A DNA stretch of 23,159 bases from Tubiluchus corallicola (taxonomy: Eukaryota > Animalia > Priapulida): the NCBI GenBank assembly GCA_030141605.1, contig JAQGDQ010001861.1, forward strand, positions 1 through 23,159, read 5' to 3'. Position 1 is the stretch's first letter. Each line of letters starts with the position of its first letter. Positions 14,539-23,159 of the stretch are shown in pieces. The notes under the pieces are model-generated. The model was not told the origin of the DNA, did no database searches, and worked only from the letters and a program-made list of their open reading frames with translations. Made by a program: the position numbers and the translations under genes.

Positions 14539-14559
14539 CTTCTTTTTCTTTCTCTTCTC

Positions 14560-14595
<36 letters not shown>
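14371..14595. repeat. Interrupted (CT)n microsatellite
   Basis: Directly visible. Confidence 0.97.
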
Positions 14596-15535
14596 GATCA
14601 TAAAATGAAAATCACGCAGATCTAGGACAACGGCTGTGTTAGTTTTCATTTTAAAAAACCAAGCACGTCCAAAAGCAAACGTGCGTTTGTTTGAGACAGC
14701 CAGATCACTTTTTCTAAAAATAACACGTCTTTTCGTCGGCTCCTTTGCGCGTACATTATTTTTATTTATTGACGTTAATGCTGCTATGATATGTCCATTA
14801 AGGCAGGTAAATAAAAAAAATCATTCCTTCTTTAGTGATAAAAATGTCCTTCGTTTTAGTTAACTGATTACAGAAACGTTTGCTCTTCTGTGCAAAAATT
14901 TTGTACATTAAAGCTAAATTCAGTGCTAATAGTTTTATAAATCACATTCTAGATGTCGCCGAGGTCGTTTATTATCGTTTTACGAAAGTGCCATTTGCAG
15001 TTCATATAAAGGAGCTTTAATTTCTCGCTTCTAGCTAGCAAAAGTGGGTAAACATGTATGCTTAGTCATGAAGAAAAATCATGAAGGCAAACGAATTCTT
15101 TAGGATTAGCGTTGATGATTAAGATTGTTAAGATTCTATGCTTCGGTAATACAAGATTAAATAAAAGACATAAAAGATAAATACAAGACAAAAATATTTT
15201 AACTAAAAATACAAAAAACAAATTTCAGTGCATTAAAATGACTTCTCCGATGCAGTAAACGGATCTATTTCATCTTTCACGGTATTTGAACCCGCACGGT
15301 TGTTTTGTATACAAACATCGTGGACCTAATGTTATCAACACAAGTCTTGTTTGTTAAATTTTATTTACCCGTTAGCTACCTGTATTATTTGCTTATTTAT
15401 ATGACCTAAAACAATTAAGGCCAAGCTATTTTCATTACCTTTGCAAGCTGTACAGTATTAAAAGTCGGATAAGGAACAATCAAGTCTAAAGAATAAGCCT
15501 TTTCATAGTTCCAGCGATTGATGATGATCGTGAAA

Positions 15536-15860
15536 AGGTCAAAGGTTAAGTGTACCAGACAACGCGTTTGTGTCACTTGACAACGCCTCGCAGTCTAACC
15601 CATTGTAACAGTAACAGTTTTAACAGCTAGCTGGAACCTTACCGAGTTCATTTTGTTTGTTCCCAAGCAAGATCTTCCTAGTAAATCACTCTATGCACAG
15701 AGTAATCCATAATTATGCAAAGTCCACATAAAATAACTGAAGTTTTTGAACTGATGCAGCAGACCGCTTTGCTTTACGCAGATATCACGTGATGGTTGTA
15801 GTTAACACGCGTTGCTGTGGCACACTTAACCTTTGACGCACAGCAAGTGCGCATGCGCAC
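15536..15860. promoter_or_regulatory. Candidate cis-regulatory motif cluster (DR1, E-box, NRF1-type palindrome)
   Basis: AGGTCA-A-AGGTTA at 15536-15548; ATCACGTGAT at 15784-15793; GTGCGCATGCGCAC at 15847-15860. Motif matches only, no functional evidence. Confidence 0.3.
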
Positions 15861-16355
15861 ATCGAATCTGTAAAAAGGCTTATTACATAGAATTTAAAAA
15901 CGCTCTACATTGTAACACTCTTACTGACCTATTTCCTAACTTTTTATCGTTGAAGTTTGTTATTTATGATGTAAGCTTCCATAAATCAAAACGTCTGGCA
16001 GCTCTTGTCCATACTTGTATACAATTTTATTATCCAGATGTATCGTCATGTCTACTTTAAAACTTGGTGTTTGAATACTAATAAGGATCCACAAGCAGGT
16101 AATCCATGCTGTAAGAAAAACCTGTTCGATCTGTCGTATGTTTTCCTTTCTTTAGCTGGGGGATTTTGTTTACATTCTCCATGCTGCAACGTCAGCAAAT
16201 TTAAACGTGTTCAAAACAATTAATGACATGAAGATAGGAAAAGCCTCGGGTGCCAGAAGCAAACACGTTTCGCAGTTTAGCTCAAAATTCAAAAACACGA
16301 ACTCAAACTGTTTACAGATACAACTGAACAATCACAGTATCTGTCGATAAACTAT

Positions 16356-16968
<613 letters not shown>

Positions 16969-17225
16969 ACTGAATGACGAATAAAAAATGTTAACTTCTT
17001 ACTGGAGGAAAAGGGAGAAGCGGACAAAAAGGCATTTCTACTTGTAATAGTGACGACGATCGTAGTGTAGTTGGTGTAGACCAACATAGAATAGAAAAAG
17101 CAAGCGATGACAACGATGACGATGATGATAGTGGTGATTGCCTACATTCAATAATTGCTATTTGACTCGTTTACCTTCTATATAAATGAGCAAACATACA
17201 TGGTTGGTTTTGTTAAACGAACAGC

Positions 17226-17895
17226 TTAAAGGACAAGAAAAGAGGTACCTGAAGTGGCTTCAGAAAAATCGCCTTAAGAAATTTTACTACTTTATAGTAA
17301 TTTTATGCGTATATCGTACTCGTGTTAAAAGGAATTTTTGTTTGTTTTCATTTTAAACTTCCCGCAATGCTGTTCCGAAGGCGCCATTACGTGACGTCAC
17401 CTACGCAAACATAAATCAGGGGAAGAAAAGGAAATGTTAAATTATGACCCAAAAAACTTTCCATGCAAAGTTATATTACGTAGCATTTCGTTTACCTGCT
17501 TGAAAGACTTATGTAACTAGAAATAATAATTTAAAATGTTTTCACAAATTGGTAAAATGTCGTTGACTCACCCTCCAGGGTGCACCACTCACTAACCAAA
17601 AACCTATTTTTAATCTTATTGACATGATACAGTAATTTTAAATTTTACTTAGTTGGTGACGTGTGCGCTACGAATACTCTAATTATTTTTTCAAACTTTA
17701 CTCAATGTTATCTAAACGTGTTTCAAATGACTTATCGTCAAAATGGCTGCGTCTAACGGTCATCGCAGGTATTTAAACTTACACGTTTTATACAGCGTTA
17801 CTGCCGACGCAAGTCCTGTAGGCGAAAAAGCAGCATATACGTGATATGAAATTTCAAGACGACTTTTTTATATATAGGATTTTCTTGTGCTTTAA
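17226..17895. mobile_element. Kolobok/T2-like TTAA MITE, family C
   Basis: TTAA-AGGACAAGAAAA ... TTTTCTTGTGCT-TTAA (TIR 11/12). 670 bp, similar in size to the other TTAA elements. Confidence 0.75.
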
Positions 17896-18451
17896 CAAAG
17901 TTATGTATAAAGTCAAAAGACCAAAAGTGTTGGAGCCACAAATAGAAAAGGATTAATAAGAATGATAACCTCTTTGGAGGAACGATAGAGAACGTTCATT
18001 TAATCTTATAAAATATAAAAATCTTAATGATATTAAAATTATTTTGCATAAACTCATTTCTCGTTGTTCTCGTAGAATGACAGATTCTGACGAGGATTGA
18101 CACACAGGAAACAAAGATTTTTTTGGTTCTTGACCATGACGTCAGCAACTTAAGCAAGAATTAAGAAAACTTGTAAGAACGTGGGAAATGGGACTTCACT
18201 CGATGTCAAAATCTGGAAGTGGCTTGACATGTTGAAATCTCGTTATTTCTAGATTGTGTTGCTTTGAAGATAACATCAAAAACTGTTCAAACGTTTGTGA
18301 GAATTAACTTGAAGTGACCGTATCCGATTATCCGCTTAAACGGTTCCATTCACGGTCAAGTTTTGGCCGTTCAAGATCCTACAAACTCACTTCAAAGTCC
18401 AAATTTCAGAGTGCAAAGTTTTCTTGAGTTTTTAAATTTCAGCGCATTGCA

Positions 18452-19401
18452 CAGACTGTACGTGTTTAACACATTAGGTTTGCAGACTGTACGTGTTTAA
18501 CACATTAGGTTTGCAGACTGTACGTGTTTAACACATTAGGTTTATAGACTGTACGTGTTTAACAAATTAGGTTTATAGACTGTACGTGTTTAACACATTA
18601 GGTTTGCAGACTGCACGTGTTTAACACATTAGGTTTGCAGACTGTACGTGTTTAACACATTAGGTTTATAGACTGTACGTGTTTAACACATTAGGTTTAC
18701 AGACTGTACGTGTTTAACACATTAGGTTTACAGACTGCACGTGTTTAATACGTTAGGCTTGCAGATTGTACGTGTTTAACACACTAGGTTTACAGACTGT
18801 ACGTGTTTAACACATTAGGTTTACAGACTGTACGTGTTTAACATATTAGGTTTACAGACTGTACGTCTTTAACACATTAGACTTACAGACTAGACTGTAC
18901 GTGTTTAACATATTAGGTTTACAGACTGTACGTGTTTAACATATTAGGTTTACAGACTGTACGTGTTTAATACGTTAGGCTTGCAGATTGTACGTGTTTA
19001 ACATATTAGGTTTACAGACTGTACGTGTTTAATACGTTAGGCTTGCAGACTGTACATCTTTAACACATTAGGTTTACAGACTGTACGTGTTTAACATATT
19101 AGGTTTAAAGACTGTACGTGTTTAACACATTAGGTTTATAGACTGTACGCGTTTAATACGTTAGGCTTGCAGATTGTACGTGTTTAACATATTAGGTTTA
19201 TAGACTGTACGTGTTTAACATATTAGGTTTACAGACTGTACGTGTTTAATACGTTAGGCTTGCAGACTGTACGTCTTTAACACATTAGGTTTACAGACTG
19301 TACGTGTTTAATACGTTAGGCTTGCAGACTGTACGTGTTTAACACATTAGGCTTACAGACTGTACGTGTTTAACAAATTAGGTTTATAGACTGTACGTGT
19401 T
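18452..19401. repeat. 31-bp minisatellite (CAGACTGTACGTGTTTAACACATTAGGTTTR), ~30 copies
   Basis: Head-to-tail units with period 31 and no unique spacers. Confidence 0.97.
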
Positions 19402-19548
19402 CAATATGATCTTCAATACAAAGTGTCCTGCAAATGAACGAGTGGCCAAACGATGAAGGCAAACTAGTAATAGAATGATACCATGTTGCAGGATGTATTG
19501 ATGAAAGCAGGGGTGCCAGTTTTTTACTGCAAAGATCTCTGGACCTTT

Positions 19549-19681
19549 TTTTTCTAAATAGGGTTATGTTTGTTACTTTAATAACATACCTGTTTTTCTA
19601 AATAAGGTTACGTTTGTTACTTTAATAACCTACCTGTTTTTCTAAATAAGGTTACGTTTGTTACTTTAATAACCTACCTGT
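19549..19681. repeat. Tandem repeat, 3 x 44 bp
   Basis: CTAAATA(A/G)GGTTA(C/T)GTTTGTTACTTTAATAAC starts at 19554, 19598 and 19642. Confidence 0.93.
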
Positions 19682-19869
19682 ACATTTGATAACAATATCT
19701 GCGGCTAACAAACTGAATTAGGGTTAGTAGATTACTAAAATATAAACGATGAACAGCCAGGCAAAGTCCGCGATTTTATTTAAATAATTTTCTTTCTTTT
19801 TCACACCATAAAATAATATTGAAAAGGTGCGGTCCCCTTATTGTTTTGTAATTGTAAACTTCTCTTATT

Positions 19870-20569
19870 TTAAAGGTGGGCCTGACCCACTTAGAGAATT
19901 TTATGTATGTTTTATTAATACTTCCCACTGCCAAGAACAAAGACATGTCTGTTTAATGTCATGAACATTCTCAGGTCAGATGAGAGCAACAACTGACATA
20001 GGCCTTCGACGATCTATTCTATATTCTTTCAAAATTTTTCTGAATTTTAATTTTCTGAATAAAACAAAGCTAAACAATTCAAGAAATAGGTCTCTTCGTG
20101 GGGGTGTTTTCTGATTAACTCTGGCTAGTTACACTTAGACGATTGTAAATGTAATAAAATTGTTGCAACATTTTTCGACCTTCGTATAAGCAACACGGTA
20201 ATTCTCAATAAACATATAAACATGTCGTAATGACGTGGTTTATTTTCTACGATTTCATGTCCGGCATATAATAATTAATGTTTACTTCCTCTATGTTTAG
20301 TTTGTAAAATGCATTTCAGAATGGCAGACTTTATGCGTCAGACTAGACGTGATTTTGGCAAGAGTTATGCGACAAACAAGATGGCTGCCATTACATCACG
20401 AGATATAGAGACCTGTGAAACAGTGGAAGAATTGAATGACTTGGTAAGCAGATATTAACACAATTAATAGTGAATCTACTTTACATAATAAAATTTGTGA
20501 AAGTTTTAGTCATTGTACGCAGACTTTTGTGTTTTTTTTTGTGCTGCTGTGCTGACGGCTTTCCTTTAA
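19870..20569. mobile_element. Possible old Kolobok/T2-like TTAA unit enclosing a coding exon
   Basis: TTAA-AGGTGGGCC ... GGCTTTCCT-TTAA (6/9 TIR match inside the TTAAs), 700 bp. No second copy in the window, so the ends could be coincidental. Confidence 0.35.
20321..20443 (+). CDS. Coding exon of a Smoothelin-domain (smoothelin-like) protein; probable first coding exon
   Basis: Acceptor TTTCAG|A at 20319/20320, ATG at 20321, open frame MADFMRQTRRDFGKSYATNKMAAITSRDIETCETVEELNDL, strong phase-0 donor TTG|GTAAGC. DIETCETVEELNDL resembles the first half of the Smoothelin motif as I recall it (L..I.D...L..M). Confidence 0.65.
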
Positions 20570-20768
20570 AGTTTCGCAACAGCTGTAGAACATTTCTGTC
20601 AGTTTTTTCAATTTCATTTTATTAATTTCACATCAATAGTATATCATAGTAACATAAATTTTACATACCTATATGTACATCATTGCATAATTTTTGTTCA
20701 AGTTAACAGGTATAGTGGTAACAATTAGTATCTATTTATGATTATACTACTGCAGTAATTGAAGAAGC

Positions 20769-21278
20769 TTAAAGGAAAACCGGACGATTGTGTAAACATT
20801 AGTTCAGAATAAAGAATGCTCTAAAATATTGAAAAGTAAAATAGATTTTTTGAAATCAAAAATTAAATAATAATTACCTCTGATACTCAAATTTTTCTGA
20901 ACTTTCAATTGACAGCGGCGCCTTTTTGTCACATTCGCGTGGCCGACAAGTAGAAGGCGGTACCGTGATAAGCATGATCATGAACTGCAGTGTTAGTTTC
21001 TGACGTCATACGACGTAGAGCCCATTTTCGTGACATCATGCTTTTAAGCAGTAACACGCCACATGCTTGACACGCAAGGGAAGATGCCTGCCATTGCACA
21101 AACTGTAGTTAGTTTCTGACGTAAGCAACAGCTGTGTTCGGTTACCGTTAATTAACTTTCTAAACTAATTATTCAAATATAAGGAGCAATTGCTAACTTT
21201 TATAGGTAAGAAAATGTATATGTTGGACTGTAAAATAAAATGAGATTGAGTCTAAACAATCGTCCGGTTTTCCTTTAA
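20769..21278. mobile_element. Kolobok/T2-like TTAA MITE, family D, intronic
   Basis: Perfect 19-bp TIR AGGAAAACCGGACGATTGT flanked by TTAA on both sides (20769-20772, 21275-21278). Confidence 0.9.
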
Positions 21279-21661
21279 TAATAGCTTGTAAGAACAACTG
21301 AATGTGAAATATAAACATGGAGGATAATGTGTATACAAAAGTATGTAGAAATGGAATTAGTAAAAAATGTTGTGTCTAAAATGATAAAAAAACAGAAGAA
21401 GATGTGAGAGCTCTAGTTATTGCGCCAACGTGCAACCACATGTAATGACGATTTCAAGTAATAAAATTAACAATAGCTGCGTTTTGTCAGAGGGAAATCC
21501 CAACTGAACCATGTTGCTACTCGCTATCAGGATTCATGAGGATATGAGAAGCAACTAAAACCTGCGAGCGTTTAGTTCATTTGCATTTTTGTCCTTAAAA
21601 GACAATAGAAGCGAAACCTTGCGTTGTTATATGGTCTAGTACGTAAATTGTAGGCCTACTG

Positions 21662-22128
21662 GTCATAATGTTCATTCAAAGGTCAGATAAACTACACATT
21701 TTTGGAAAGCTATGCTATAGAAAAGAATTATTTCTTTTTTTCAAAATCATCACGGCGGCCATCTTGGATTCTCAAAATGGCAATTTCCAAATATTGATTT
21801 TTTTTATCATATCTTGGCAGATAAAACAGTCTGTTATATTGAATCATAGCAATAATTGTACATCATGCTAAACCTTTTCTAGTCGTAAATAGTGTCTCTT
21901 TCTTCCTAGTTACTTAAAGCTAATTATGTTTTGACACCGCGTGAAATCATTTATCCAACTCGCAAGCTGAGATAAGAGCAAAATTTGGACGTTGACGAGA
22001 TCCATTTTGAATTTGAAGATGGCTACCATAGAGACACAACAAAAATGAAAAGAATGAGGATTTTCCATATCATAACAATTCCGAAAATACGTAATTTTGC
22101 AAATCTCCAAAAACTGAACAAAAATGCA
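21662..22128. mobile_element. Old, degenerate palindromic MITE
   Basis: GGCGGCCATCTTGGATTCTCAAAATGG (21754-21780) inverted vs CCATTTTGAATTTGAAGATGGCTACC (22002-22027). TACACATTTTTGGAAAGCTATGCTATAGAAAA inverted vs TTTTCCATATCATAACAATTCCGAAAATACGTA. Ends approximate. Confidence 0.55.
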
Positions 22129-22142
22129 TAAGAACAGAGTGA

Positions 22143-22375
22143 CAGGTAACTCATCTGGTGAGTGAAATCTTTGGTTTCTGACCTGTTGAAGACTTCATCA
22201 GATAACTCAGCTGGTGAGTGAAATCTTCAGTTTCTGACCTGGTATAAACTTCATCAGGTAACTCAGCTGGTGAGTGAAATCTTCAGTTTCTGCCCTGTTA
22301 AAGACTTCATCAGGTAACTCAACTGGTGAGTGAAATCCTCAGTTTCTGACATGTTAAAGACTTCATCAGGTAACT
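22143..22375. repeat. 56-bp tandem repeat, 4 full copies plus a partial copy
   Basis: CAG(G/A)TAACT unit starts at 22143, 22199, 22255, 22311 and 22367. Confidence 0.95.
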
Positions 22376-22398
22376 GATGATTGTCTGGCTGTTTGCAG

Positions 22399-22504
22399 AT
22401 GCTTAAAGCTCCAGATTACGAAACAAGGAGGAAAATTAGAGCTAAAATTCGAGAAGTCAAGAAACACACAGATGACGACAAGGCGTCGCCACCGCTGTGT
22501 ACAG
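22399..22504 (+). CDS. Coding exon of the same smoothelin-like protein (second half of the Smoothelin motif)
   Basis: Acceptor TTGTCTGGCTGTTTGCAG|, phase 0. MLKAPDYETRRKIRAKIREVKK matches the D[FY]E.R+.IRA.[IL]RE[LV]+ smoothelin signature. The donor is most likely ACAG|GTTGGT (phase 1); the 3' end is less certain. Confidence 0.75.
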
Positions 22505-23033
22505 GTTGGTCCATAAATTCATTTCACCAAAACAGAATTGTTAAAAAAAGAACAAAGTGTGACTGTACTGTGTGGTATAATGCTTTAATTTGCTTACGGT
22601 TTATTATACATGGTGTTCCGAAATAAAAAGTATGGTAGCACGCTAAGAAAGGCAGTTGAGTCTATAATAAGAAGTTATGCTGCAATAACTTCTTTACAAA
22701 GTAATACTTCTATAGTAATAATGCAGATCTTTTAAATTTTTCACTTTGTATAGTGTAACATCAGTATGGTTATTACATTTGCTGGTTATCTCTTTCTTTT
22801 AGAACATCCTGTATTTAAACATGAGTCATTTTGAATTATTCCTTATTTGGGTTGTTAGTAAAAACTGTTCTACGTATCCGTCCGTGCTCCATACAATTGA
22901 CGAGCAGGCAGCGTAATTATTACTATTCGGCATATTTGTGCAAGAAAATATGACACTGACAGGCAATTGTATGGGATAACAAAGGTATTGTTACAGTGTT
23001 TGTTGATAGACTGTTGTTTTAGAACACCCTGTA
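22500..23033. mobile_element. Nested or composite Tc1/mariner-like MITE remnants (TA-CAGGGTG-type ends)
   Basis: Left-type ends TACAGGTTGGTCCATAAA (22500) and TACATGGTGTTCCGAAA (22607). Right-type ends TTTTAGAACATCCTGTA (ends 22813) and TTTTAGAACACCCTGTA (ends 23033). Pairing is inferred. Confidence 0.5.
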
Positions 23034-23159
23034 TCTCACAACTCCACTGGGTACCATCATACTTCTTCGTTAATTTAATTTTTTTTGTAGAATATAAAGT
23101 CAATGAAAGAATCGTTAATGAATCCACGCATGTGGAAACTTACACCAATGAATCTTATA

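Noticed and set aside
18452-19401. 31-bp repeats with dyad symmetry as a CRISPR array
   Set aside because: Units are contiguous with no unique spacers, there are no cas genes, and the context is eukaryotic.
22143-22375. 56-bp periodic repeats as a CRISPR array
   Set aside because: The whole unit is repeated; there is no repeat/unique-spacer alternation.
22381-22626. ORF-track 81-aa ORF as a complete gene
   Set aside because: Only 22399 to ~22504 looks coding. The start is acceptor sequence and the tail is MITE-like intron.

Overview
AT-rich eukaryotic (metazoan, probably invertebrate) genomic DNA, almost all non-coding. Almost none of the long ORFs in the track are credible genes; most are translated microsatellites or transposon sequence. 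The coding signal I can support is two short + strand exons (20320-20443 and 22399-22504). They splice in frame to give MADFMRQTRRDFGKSYATNKMAAITSRDIETCETVEELNDL|MLKAPDYETRRKIRAKIREVKKHTDDDKASPPLCT, which resembles a Smoothelin-domain helix. The rest is a dense mosaic of repeats. It includes six or seven 0.45-0.7 kb TTAA-flanked Kolobok/T2-like MITEs (two families present twice), a clean hAT-Charlie MITE with an 8-bp TSD, and a foldback/MULE-like element with 15-bp subterminal arrays. There is also a possible CACTA-like foldback filled with microsatellites, two palindromic MITEs, nested Tc1/mariner-like MITE ends, a decayed LINE 3' end, several minisatellites and long microsatellites. The most unusual aspect is how repeats touch the exons. 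One exon lies inside a TTAAAGG...CCTTTAA unit. The other is preceded by a 56-bp array of splice-site-like motifs, and its donor coincides with a MITE terminus. All calls are by eye; no searches were run.
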